A stretch of 64,000 nt of DNA from the NCBI GenBank assembly GCA_963814585.1, contig CAWFDF010000012.1:244467-308466 (forward strand), written 5' to 3'. This DNA comes from an uncultured delta proteobacterium (GTDB lineage Bacteria > Myxococcota > Myxococcia > Myxococcales > Anaeromyxobacteraceae). The notes beneath the pieces are model-generated. The model was given only the letters and a program-made list of their open reading frames with translations. It was not told where the DNA came from and did not search any database. Each line of letters opens with the position of its first letter. The stretch's first letter is position 1. Below are positions 8,688 to 16,555 of this stretch, in pieces. A program made the translations under genes and the position numbers.

Positions 8688-9901
8688 GGCGTCGCCCCTT
8701 GCTTGAGACCGGCCGGGACCTCACGCCGCGGAGCGGGCGTGACGCCGGCGAGGATTGGGAACTTGCGGACCACCAGGACGTAGATCACCGTCTCGGTGGC
8801 GATCAGCCCGAGGGTGACGAGGATCTCCACCAGGCTCGGGAAGTAGACCCAGCCGGTGCCGGGGTTGTAGGCCACCAGGAAGACGTCGATGCGGTAGATG
8901 GTGCCGCCCAGCATGGAGAGGAGCGCCCCCTGGAGCTGATGGTCGGGCCGAAGGTCCCTGGCGGTGGCCAGGAAGCGGACGGCCGCCATCAGGAGGATCA
9001 CGGTCTCGGCCCAGAAGAAGAGGGCCATGCGCCCGGCGCTCAGGGTGAGGCCGATCTTGCCCTCCACCGCCAGGATGGCGAAGCGCACCACCACGAAGGC
9101 GACGATGACGACGCCCACGTACCGCCCCATGGTCGCCAGCAGCCGGTGCTCCAGGGGCCGATGGAGGGTCAGGCTGGAGAAGATGGACTCGAAGTAGATG
9201 ACCCCGAAGCCCATCACGAAGGCGGTCATCAGGAAGAAGAGCGGGAGGAACCCGGTGTGCCAGAGCGGGTGGAGCTTGAGGCCCGCCATCATCATGAGCC
9301 CGCCCAGGCTGGACTGGTGCATGGTGGGCAGCAGGAGACCGAGGCCGACCAGGAAGGGCAGGGCTCGCTCGGCCCGCGGGTGCCAGCGCCGGGCGGTGGC
9401 CGCCAGCGAGGGATTCCGGCTCGCCGACAGCCCCTCGAGCCAGGCCGGAGAGAGCTCCAGGAAGAGCACGGTCACGTAGGCCATCATGCAGAGCGCCACC
9501 TCGAGGAGCACCGAGGTGCTGCTCCACTGGTGCGGCGACAGCGGGATGCGCCACATGGTCCAGTAGCGCCCCAGGTCGAAGGCCACCGCCACGCCGGCCA
9601 CGCCGTAGCCGAGCAGGCTGGTGAGCAGGGCCGGGCGGACCAGCGGGTGGTAGCGCCCCTTGTTGAGGATGAAGACCAGGAAGGCCAGGACGTAGCCGCC
9701 GCTGGCCAGTCCGGTGCCGATCACCACGTCGAGGGCGATCCAGATGCCCCACGGGTAGCCGTCGCTCATGGCGGTGGCCGCCCCCAGCCCCTGGATGAAG
9801 CGGTACAGGCCGGCCACCGTCCCCAGCGCCCAGAGCACCAGCAGCGCCTTGACGGCCGGGGTGAGCAGCTTGCCTTCGACGGCCTGGGCGCGGACGGTCA
9901 T
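8684..9901 (-). CDS. hybB: hydrogenase integral membrane subunit, NrfD/HybB family
   Basis: 405 aa, about 10 predicted TM helices (MTVRAQAVEGKLLTPAVKALLVLWALG...). The ATG at 9901 overlaps the upstream stop. It sits between the FeS subunit and large-subunit genes, as in hybOABC. Confidence 0.85.
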   Translation of the reverse strand: MTVRAQAVEGKLLTPAVKALLVLWALGTVAGLYRFIQGLGAATAMSDGYPWGIWIALDVVIGTGLASGGYVLAFLVFILNKGRYHPLVRPALLTSLLGYGVAGVAVAFDLGRYWTMWRIPLSPHQWSSTSVLLEVALCMMAYVTVLFLELSPAWLEGLSASRNPSLAATARRWHPRAERALPFLVGLGLLLPTMHQSSLGGLMMMAGLKLHPLWHTGFLPLFFLMTAFVMGFGVIYFESIFSSLTLHRPLEHRLLATMGRYVGVVIVAFVVVRFAILAVEGKIGLTLSAGRMALFFWAETVILLMAAVRFLATARDLRPDHQLQGALLSMLGGTIYRIDVFLVAYNPGTGWVYFPSLVEILVTLGLIATETVIYVLVVRKFPILAGVTPAPRREVPAGLKQGATP

Positions 9902-10779
9902 CACTTCTCCTCCTGGCCGGCCGCGGCCGCGCGGTGGTTCTTCCAGGCCACGAAGGCGAAGGCACCGAACAGCGCCACCGGGGCGACGAAGCCCTGGTAG
10001 ATGCCGTGCTGGATGGACTCCACCAGCGCCGGCGCCGGCTCCTTGCCGAGCGCCGGCAGCCCGAGGGGCCCGAAGCCGACCGGCGACAGGTAGAGGCAGG
10101 CGGTGCCGCCGCCCTCGGTCTCGCCGTAGACGCCGCCCTGGTAGGCCGAGGGGGTCGCCGCCAGCCGGCGCTTGGCCTCGGCCAGCAGGTCGGTCCGGCG
10201 GCCCGACACCACGGCGCCGCGCGGGCAGGCCTCGGAGCAGGCGCAGTCCTTGCCCTCGGGCCAGCGGTGGCGGCACAGCTCGCACTTGACGATCTTGGGG
10301 GAGGCCGAGGCCCACTCGAACTTCGGCACGTTGAAGGGGCAGGCGATCTGGCAGTTGCGGCAGCCGACGCACCGCTCCACGTCGTACTGCACCACCCCGC
10401 GCTTGCCCTTGTGCAGCGCGCCCATCATGCAGACCGAGGCGCAGGCGGGGTCGGCGCAGTGCATGCACTGGGCCTTGAAGTAGCCGCCGCCGGTCTCGGT
10501 GCTCCACTGCTTGATGACCGTGAAGTTGGTGGCGTTGAGGTCCATCGGCGCGTCGTAGGGCGCGCCGCCGATCATGGCCACGCTGGGCGCCAGGTTGTTG
10601 GCCTCGCGGCACCTGGTGGAGCAGGCCCGGCACCCGATGCAGCGGGTGGCGTCGAAGAGGAGCCCCAGGTCGTCGGGGCCGTGCTGCTTCGGCGTGCGCG
10701 CCTCAGCCGGGGCCGCCACCGCCGCGCCGGCGGCCGCCGCGCCCAGGACCTTGAGCGCCCCGCGCCTGGTCATCGTCAT
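9901..10779 (-). CDS. hybA: hydrogenase 4Fe-4S ferredoxin-type electron-transfer subunit (HybA-like), Tat-exported
   Basis: Tat motif MTMTRRGALKVLG. Several CxxCxxCxxxC(P) clusters (CIGCRACSTRC, CMHCADPACASVC, CVGCRNCQIACP). C-terminal TM anchor. Confidence 0.9.
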   Translation of the reverse strand: MTMTRRGALKVLGAAAAGAAVAAPAEARTPKQHGPDDLGLLFDATRCIGCRACSTRCREANNLAPSVAMIGGAPYDAPMDLNATNFTVIKQWSTETGGGYFKAQCMHCADPACASVCMMGALHKGKRGVVQYDVERCVGCRNCQIACPFNVPKFEWASASPKIVKCELCRHRWPEGKDCACSEACPRGAVVSGRRTDLLAEAKRRLAATPSAYQGGVYGETEGGGTACLYLSPVGFGPLGLPALGKEPAPALVESIQHGIYQGFVAPVALFGAFAFVAWKNHRAAAAGQEEK

Positions 10780-11894
10780 GGCGCCTTCTCCTTCTCGGCA
10801 CCTTCGGCCTTCTGGACCTCGACCGTCAGCTTGCGCGAGGCCACGTAGCCGGCGCCGGCCGCGGCGCCGACCACCAGGCCGGCCACGCCGACGGCGATGA
10901 TGCTCTTCTCGCCCTGGGCCGGGTTCATGCCAGGGTAGGCCATGGGCGCGGTCGGCCTGTCGATGGGGAGGTTGGCGTGGATGGGGACGTTGAAGACGAT
11001 CCCCTGCTCGGTGCAGCCGATGCACGGGTGGCCGGTGCCGATGGGCCAGGCGCCCGGGACCTCGCAGTAGTGGAGCAGCGAGCAGTTGGCGTGGGTCTGC
11101 GGCCCCTTGCAGCCGAGCTTGTAGAGGCACCAGCCGTTGCGGTGGCCTTCGTCGCCGAAGGCCTGCGCGAAGCGGCCGCTGTCGAAGTGGGCGCGGCGCG
11201 GGCAGTCCTCGTGGATGACCCGGCCGTAGGCGAACTTGGGGCGGCCCTTGTCGTCGAGCGCCGGCAGCGTGCCGAAGGTGGCGAACTGCAGCACGGTGCC
11301 GAGCAGGTTGTAGGGGTTGGCCGGGCAGCCGGGGAGCGTGACCACCGTCTTCCCCTGGAGCGCCTGCGACACGCCGACGGCGCCGGTGGGGTTGGGCGAG
11401 GCGGACGGGACGCCGCCCCAGGAGGCGCAGGAGCCGATGGCGATGACCGCCGCCGCATCCTTGGCCACCCGGGTGAGCGTGTCGATGGCCTTCTCGCCGC
11501 CGACGTAGCAGTAGATGCCGTCGTCCTTGAGCGGGATGGAGCCCTCGACGATCAGCACGTACTTGCCCTTGTTCTCCTTCATGGTCGACTCGAGCGCCGC
11601 CTCGAACTGGTAGCCGGCGCCGGCGGCCAGGGTCTCGTGGTAGTCGAGCGAGATCAGGTCGAGGATCAGCTCGCCCAGGTCGGGCGCGTTGGCGCGCAGC
11701 AGCGACTCGGTGCAGCCGGTGCACTCCTGGAAGTGGAGCCAGATGACCGAGGGCTTCTTCCCCTTGGCCACCTTCTCGGCCATCTTCTCGCCGGCCCAGG
11801 CCGGCAGGCCCACCGCGGCCGCGGCGGCCGTGCAGACCTTCACGAAGTCTCGCCGGGAGAGGGCGGAGGTTTCCGCTGACACGGGGTGCGGCAT
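10776..11894 (-). CDS. hybO: [NiFe] hydrogenase small subunit, Tat-exported
   Basis: Tat motif SRRDFVK. WLHFQECTGCTESLLR and GSCASWGG motifs. C-terminal TM anchor. AGGAGG RBS before the ATG at 11894; the track ORF extends upstream to 11975. Confidence 0.95.
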   Translation of the reverse strand: MPHPVSAETSALSRRDFVKVCTAAAAAVGLPAWAGEKMAEKVAKGKKPSVIWLHFQECTGCTESLLRANAPDLGELILDLISLDYHETLAAGAGYQFEAALESTMKENKGKYVLIVEGSIPLKDDGIYCYVGGEKAIDTLTRVAKDAAAVIAIGSCASWGGVPSASPNPTGAVGVSQALQGKTVVTLPGCPANPYNLLGTVLQFATFGTLPALDDKGRPKFAYGRVIHEDCPRRAHFDSGRFAQAFGDEGHRNGWCLYKLGCKGPQTHANCSLLHYCEVPGAWPIGTGHPCIGCTEQGIVFNVPIHANLPIDRPTAPMAYPGMNPAQGEKSIIAVGVAGLVVGAAAGAGYVASRKLTVEVQKAEGAEKEKAP

Positions 11895-12005
11895 TTTGAT
11901 CCTCCTGGGGCGGGCCACGGTGAAACCCGCCTGATGTTCCGGCCATGATCGCCCGAATGGGGTGGTCCTCTGCATTGACCGCCATCAAGCAACGCAAAAG
12001 AGGCC

Positions 12006-12021
12006 TGCAAAAGATTCGCCT
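12006..12021 (-). promoter_or_regulatory. candidate sigma-54 (-24/-12) promoter upstream of the hydrogenase operon
   Basis: The minus strand reads aGGCgaatctTTTGCA. GG and GC have exactly the spacing of the TGGCAC-N5-TTGCA consensus. The element lies about 112 nt upstream of the small-subunit ATG. Confidence 0.3.
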
Positions 12022-12173
12022 CTCCGTGGGCTGGTCACCTGCACGGGGCCCTGAACGGAGCGGAGCCGGGGGCCCGGCCCGGTGAGACCGGCCGAGGCGG
12101 TCCGAACATCGACCCCGCCACCCGCTGCGCTGCGGCCTGCGGCCATCGACCGCAGCGTGGAGCGAGGCCTCCT

Positions 12174-13604
12174 TCAGTTCCCGACCGGCTCCGGCGTCGG
12201 CGACGGCGCCGACGCTGGCGTGGCCCGGCCGAGCTGTCCGTCGGCGTTGCTCCCCCAGCACTTCACCACGCCGGCCCCGCCCACGTCCGCCAGGACGCAG
12301 GTGAAGGCGCGCCCGGCCGCGGCGGCGAGGGGCGCGCCCCCGAAGGCGACCTCGAGCTCGGCCACGGCGGGACCCGACGGCGCCGCGCCACACTGCGCCT
12401 GGTCGTTGCGGCCGGCGCACTTCATGGTCACGTCGCCCGCCTTCGAGGAGCAGCTGAAGGCCTCGCCGGCTGCGAAGGTGCCGGCCGCCTGGCCGTTGTC
12501 GATCCGGTCGGCCGGCACGGGCTGCAGCACCGGCGTCAAGGTGGCGCGGTTCCCCATCTCGCCCTCCCCGCCCGAGCCCCAGCAATGGAGCGGGGTCCCG
12601 ACGCCGGCGACGCTGGCGCTGGCGCAGGCATGCTTGCGGCCGACGGCCACCTTCAGGGCCGGGCCCGGGAGCGGCACCACCACCGGCGTCGCCTTCGGCG
12701 AACGCGGCGTGACCGGGTCGCCGGAGCCGGTCTGTCCCTCCAGGTCGAGTCCCCAGCAGGCAGCTGCCCCGGCGGCCACGGCGCAGGTGTCGTCCCCGGC
12801 CGCGGCGAGCGCCGTCGCGCCGCCGCTGACGAGCGAGGGGAACGGCGTGGCGTGAGGCGCGAAGTCGCCGGTGCCGAGCTGGCCGAGGTCGTTGGCTCCC
12901 CAGCACCAGACCGCGGCGCTGGCGCCAGCGCCGGCGATGGCGCAGGCGTGGCGCGCGCCGAGGGCCAGCGCGGTGGCGCCGGTCAGGGCGGTCGAGACGA
13001 TGCCGGCGCGGGCCGCCGTGGAGCCGTCGCCGAGCTGCCCGGCCTCGTTGGCCCCCCAGCACCGGACCGTCCCATCCTGCACGGCGCAGGTGTGGCGGGC
13101 GCCGGCCGCCACCGCGGAGATCCCCGATGCGAGGACCACGACCGGGCGCACCGACCTGGGCAGGCCGGCGGCCGCCGGGCCGAGCTGGCCGGCGTCGTTC
13201 TTGCCCCAGCAGAGGAGCCCGCCGTCACCGGTCACGGCGCAGGCGTGGTCGTCTCCGGCCGCCACCGCGACGGCGCGGCAGCAGCCGCTGGCGCAGGCGA
13301 GCCACCCGGCCTGGCAGGCCTGGCCGCAGGCGTACCCGCCGCCGGCCCCCGGCTCGCAGACCGGCGTGGCGTTGGGATCGCTGGCCGTGCAGGTCGAGCA
13401 GGCGTCGCCGCAGGCGTCGATCGACTGGGCCACGCAGGCGGCGCCGCAGACGTGCTGGGGAGGATCGCAGCTCGGGCCGCCGGGCGTGAGGGGAGGCACG
13501 CCGGCCGCGTCGTAGAGGGTGCCGTCGCAGGCCCCGACGAGGAGGCCGGCCAGGGCGGCGGCGAGGAGGCGCACGGCGGGCGGACGAGCGAGGCGCACGG
13601 TCAC
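12174..13604 (-). CDS. RCC1-repeat (beta-propeller) lipoprotein with Cys-rich N-terminal region
   Basis: Lipobox LLVGAC. A Cys-rich stretch (CDPPQHVCGAACV...CSTCT...CGQACQAGWLACASGCC). It is followed by about 7 repeats of the RCC1 blade signature (CWGxNxxGQLG). Confidence 0.85.
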   Translation of the reverse strand: MTVRLARPPAVRLLAAALAGLLVGACDGTLYDAAGVPPLTPGGPSCDPPQHVCGAACVAQSIDACGDACSTCTASDPNATPVCEPGAGGGYACGQACQAGWLACASGCCRAVAVAAGDDHACAVTGDGGLLCWGKNDAGQLGPAAAGLPRSVRPVVVLASGISAVAAGARHTCAVQDGTVRCWGANEAGQLGDGSTAARAGIVSTALTGATALALGARHACAIAGAGASAAVWCWGANDLGQLGTGDFAPHATPFPSLVSGGATALAAAGDDTCAVAAGAAACWGLDLEGQTGSGDPVTPRSPKATPVVVPLPGPALKVAVGRKHACASASVAGVGTPLHCWGSGGEGEMGNRATLTPVLQPVPADRIDNGQAAGTFAAGEAFSCSSKAGDVTMKCAGRNDQAQCGAAPSGPAVAELEVAFGGAPLAAAAGRAFTCVLADVGGAGVVKCWGSNADGQLGRATPASAPSPTPEPVGN

Positions 13605-15100
13605 ATCCCGTAGAGGACGAGCAGCGTGAGGTTGGCGACGGGGCGGACCACGCGGTCCCCGTTCAAGGTGAAGACCTTGCCACCCCCGGTGAGGTCGAGG
13701 GCGGCGCGGACCGGGCCGATGGGCAGCGAGCCGCGCAGGGCCAGCCCGCCCGAGAGGTCGCCGGTCTCGAAGTGTCGCCCGTCGGGGAGCGACTGGGTGT
13801 TCCAGCCGCCGCCGAGGTCGACGCCCCCCTCGAGGAGCGCCCGGCCCCCCACCACCGGGAGCAGCGCGCTCAGGCCGCCGCCGACGCGCGCGTACCCGTA
13901 GGTGAGCGACTGGTCGGTGACGTCGCCGACGGCGTAGTCGCCGTGGACCACCAGGGCCACCGGCCCGACCTCGCGCCGCAGCCCGACCCGGAAGCCCGGG
14001 ACCGCGGCCGTCCCCGGCAGGCCGGTGGCCTGCAGGCCGGCGCCCACCCAGATCTCCGTCGGCAGCGGCCCACCCTTGGAGCGGGCCACCTCGTAGCGGG
14101 TGGGAACCAGCTTCGGAAGCGCGCGGGTCTCGCCGCGGGCCAGCGACACCTCCCCGCGGGCGCGACCGTCCCGGGCGCGCCGCTCCACCCCGTAGGCGCC
14201 GGCCGGCAGGGCCAGGGCCAGCTCGGTGGCGCCGGCCGGCACCTCGGCGGTGAGCCCGAACGGCCCGCGCAGGACGTAGAGCGCGCCGGGATCCACCGGC
14301 ACCAGCAACCTGGCCTCGGCGCGGCGGAGATCGGCCAGCACCACGTCCCCGCGGCCGGACATGCGGAAGTCGTAGGTGGGGTGCTGGGCGCCGGTGCGCG
14401 TCGCCGTGGTGTCGGAGACGGTCGCCTGCGAGGTGTAGCGGAAGGCCTCGGCCAGCGTGACCCGGCCGTCGCCGTCGGCGTCGCCGGCGCCGCGCAGGGC
14501 CACCTCCAGGTGGTGGGTGAAGAAGCTGCCGCCGATGGCCGCCGACTCCTGGGCGGCCTCCCCGACCGCCGTCGAGGCGATGAAGGCGGTCCCCCGAACC
14601 TCGTCGGAGGGCAGGACGAAGTCCAGGCGGGCCTCGGCGCGCGCCCCCTTGACCTGGGTGAGCGCACCGGCCTCGCAGGCGTCGACCACCACCACCTTGG
14701 CCTCGGCGCTGGAGCGGGCCGCCGCCTCCTTGAGCTCGTCGTAGCCGACGCGCTCGCCTCCGAACTCGAGTCCGCCGGCGCCGGCGTGGCCGGAGTAGAA
14801 GACCAGCAGGAGGGTGCGCTCGCCGCCGGCGCGGGCCGCCTGGACCCGGGCCTCGGCGCGGGCCAGCGCCTCGCGGAAGGCCCCCGCGGTCGGGCCGCGG
14901 AGCAGCTCGACCCCGTCCCGGGAGAAGTCGCCGAGCTCGAGGAGGGCCCGCTCGAAGCGCTCGGCGTCCTTCTCGGCGAACCAGAGCCTGGGCCTCCCCG
15001 CCGCCCCCTGGTTCATGCCGGCCACCACGGCGACGCGTCCGGGCGCCGCGCCGACGGCGAGCGGCAGGGCGAGGAGCAGGGTGGCGAGGAGGCGGCGCAT
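13601..15100 (-). CDS. secreted caspase-family (peptidase C14) protein with a beta-strand-rich C-terminal domain
   Basis: Signal peptide MRRLLATLLLALPLAVGA. The catalytic dyad context is intact: LLLVFYSGHAGAGG (His) and KVVVVDACEAGA (Cys). The C-terminal ~250 aa show an alternating hydrophobic pattern ending ...NLTLLVLYGM. Confidence 0.85.
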   Translation of the reverse strand: MRRLLATLLLALPLAVGAAPGRVAVVAGMNQGAAGRPRLWFAEKDAERFERALLELGDFSRDGVELLRGPTAGAFREALARAEARVQAARAGGERTLLLVFYSGHAGAGGLEFGGERVGYDELKEAAARSSAEAKVVVVDACEAGALTQVKGARAEARLDFVLPSDEVRGTAFIASTAVGEAAQESAAIGGSFFTHHLEVALRGAGDADGDGRVTLAEAFRYTSQATVSDTTATRTGAQHPTYDFRMSGRGDVVLADLRRAEARLLVPVDPGALYVLRGPFGLTAEVPAGATELALALPAGAYGVERRARDGRARGEVSLARGETRALPKLVPTRYEVARSKGGPLPTEIWVGAGLQATGLPGTAAVPGFRVGLRREVGPVALVVHGDYAVGDVTDQSLTYGYARVGGGLSALLPVVGGRALLEGGVDLGGGWNTQSLPDGRHFETGDLSGGLALRGSLPIGPVRAALDLTGGGKVFTLNGDRVVRPVANLTLLVLYGM

Positions 15101-15104
15101 GCCC

Positions 15105-15857
15105 TCAGGGCCTCTTCTCGAGGAGCAGGGAGTCGAGCGCCGTGCCCGCGGGGAGCCCGGCGATGGCGGTGGCGCGCCGGACCGCCTCCGGCCCGGGGCC
15201 CCCCGCGGCGGTGCGCACCGCGGCCTCCGCGTCGGCCCAGGCCCATGGCGCCGGCGTGCAGATGGCGACGACCCGCTCCGGCCCCGGCTGGCCGTCGAGC
15301 ACCGCGCCGCCGGGCAGGTCGGCGCTGCGCTCCAGGAAGGCCCCGCCCTCGCCCTGAGCCGGGTAGAGGCGCGAGACCTGGCCGCGGGCGTCGAGGGAGA
15401 GCAGCCAGAGGTGGCACGGGCGGGAGGCCCGGACGCGGAAGCGGAGCGCCGCGCCGGCCTGGACGGCGACGCCGTCGACGGCCAGCCTCGACGTCGTCCC
15501 CTCCTGGACGAAGACCGCGAGCCCGAGGGCGCCGCCGCCCTTGACGCCGAGGTAGTCGTCGGGCGGCGCGGCAGGGCGCACCAGCAGGAAGACGGCGGCG
15601 GCGACGGCGAGCACGGGGACCAGGACCAGCCTGCGGCGCCAGGCGCCGAGGGCGGACCAGCGGGAGCCGGCGGCGGCCTCGACGGCCTCCACCGTGGCGG
15701 GGTAGACGAAGCGGGCGAAGTCCTCGCCCTGCCGCTGCATGGTGGTCAGCCGGGCGGCGCAGGACGGGCAGGCGGACAGGTGGCCGGCGATGGGAGAGCG
15801 CTCCGGCGCCAGCAGGTGGCGCTCCAGGGCGAGTTCGGACGGGCAGCGGGTGGTCAT
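15105..15857 (-). CDS. anti-sigma factor (zf-HC2/ZAS) with one TM and a DUF4384-like periplasmic domain
   Basis: HxxxCxxC motif (HLSACPSC). TM segment LVLVPVLAVAAAVFLLV. The C-terminal segment ALRFRVRASRPCHLWLLSLDARGQVSRLYP resembles DUF4384. Its ATG overlaps the sigma-factor stop (ATGA). Confidence 0.8.
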   Translation of the reverse strand: MTTRCPSELALERHLLAPERSPIAGHLSACPSCAARLTTMQRQGEDFARFVYPATVEAVEAAAGSRWSALGAWRRRLVLVPVLAVAAAVFLLVRPAAPPDDYLGVKGGGALGLAVFVQEGTTSRLAVDGVAVQAGAALRFRVRASRPCHLWLLSLDARGQVSRLYPAQGEGGAFLERSADLPGGAVLDGQPGPERVVAICTPAPWAWADAEAAVRTAAGGPGPEAVRRATAIAGLPAGTALDSLLLEKRP

Positions 15858-16348
15858 GGCCGGCTCCGGTCGACGTGGTGACGCGCCAGGTCCAGGAAGC
15901 GAGCCAGCTTGCGGGCCACGGTGCGGCGCGAGATCCCCAGCACCTCGGCCACCTCCTCCTGCTCCATGCCGTCGACCAGCACGCCGACGGCCACCGTCTG
16001 GGTGGTGGTGTCGAAGCGGGCCAGGACCTGCTGGACCAGCTGCCGGTCCGGCACCGGGTCGGCTCCGGCCGAGGCGGCCAGCTCCAGCGGCGGGGCCTCG
16101 AGGCCCTCCCCGCGGCGCGTGGCGTTGCGCCGGTGGTTGAGGCAGTGGTTGGTGGCGACCCGGTAGATCCAGGGGAGCACCGTCTCGCGATCCTCCAGCT
16201 TGGCGGTGTCACGGATGAGCCTCATGAAGACCTCCTGCGTCGCGTCCTTGGCGGCCTCCGGGTCCTTCAGGATCCGGAGGCAGCGGCGGTAGACCACCGG
16301 GCCGAAGGTCCGGTACAGCTCCGCCGCCCTGGTGTGGTGCTCGCCCAC
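15854..16348 (-). CDS. ECF (sigma-70 family, group 4) RNA polymerase sigma factor
   Basis: Region 2 (ATQEVFMRLI...LPWIYRVATNHCLNHRR) and region 4 (MEQEEVAEVLGISRRTVARKL) are present. The start is uncertain. I prefer the GTG at 16348, which has AAGGAGG 6 nt upstream. Alternatives are the ATG at 16411 and the GTG at 16429. Confidence 0.85.
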   Translation of the reverse strand: MGEHHTRAAELYRTFGPVVYRRCLRILKDPEAAKDATQEVFMRLIRDTAKLEDRETVLPWIYRVATNHCLNHRRNATRRGEGLEAPPLELAASAGADPVPDRQLVQQVLARFDTTTQTVAVGVLVDGMEQEEVAEVLGISRRTVARKLARFLDLARHHVDRSRP

Positions 16349-16555
16349 GTCCAGCCTCCTTCCCAGGTGACACCCGTCACGCCCGGCGAGTGCCAGACCT
16401 TTCGACAGCATCTCCGGAAAGCCCGCCACTTCCCAGTACCCCGGTCGCAGCGGGCCGGCCCGCGCGCCCGGCCGGCTCCAGGCGCCACGAAACCCCGGGA
16501 GCGGCCCTGGCGGCGGGCCGTTCCCGGGGTCGAGGAGCGCCGGGGGGAGCGGGCG

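Noticed and set aside
10780-13062. Upstream extension of ORF 9901..13062, and ORFs 12082..12855(+) and 12585..13613(+)
   Set aside because: HybA clearly starts at the Tat-signal Met (10779). The extension crosses the small-subunit gene out of frame and the RCC1 gene. Its composition is off-frame-like.
16349-16555. ECF-type autoregulatory promoter (GGAAC-N16-CGCT, GTTCC at 16520-16524 on the plus strand) upstream of the sigma gene
   Set aside because: The -10 element does not match CGTC well. GGAAC alone is frequent in this GC-rich DNA. This is not enough to call a promoter.
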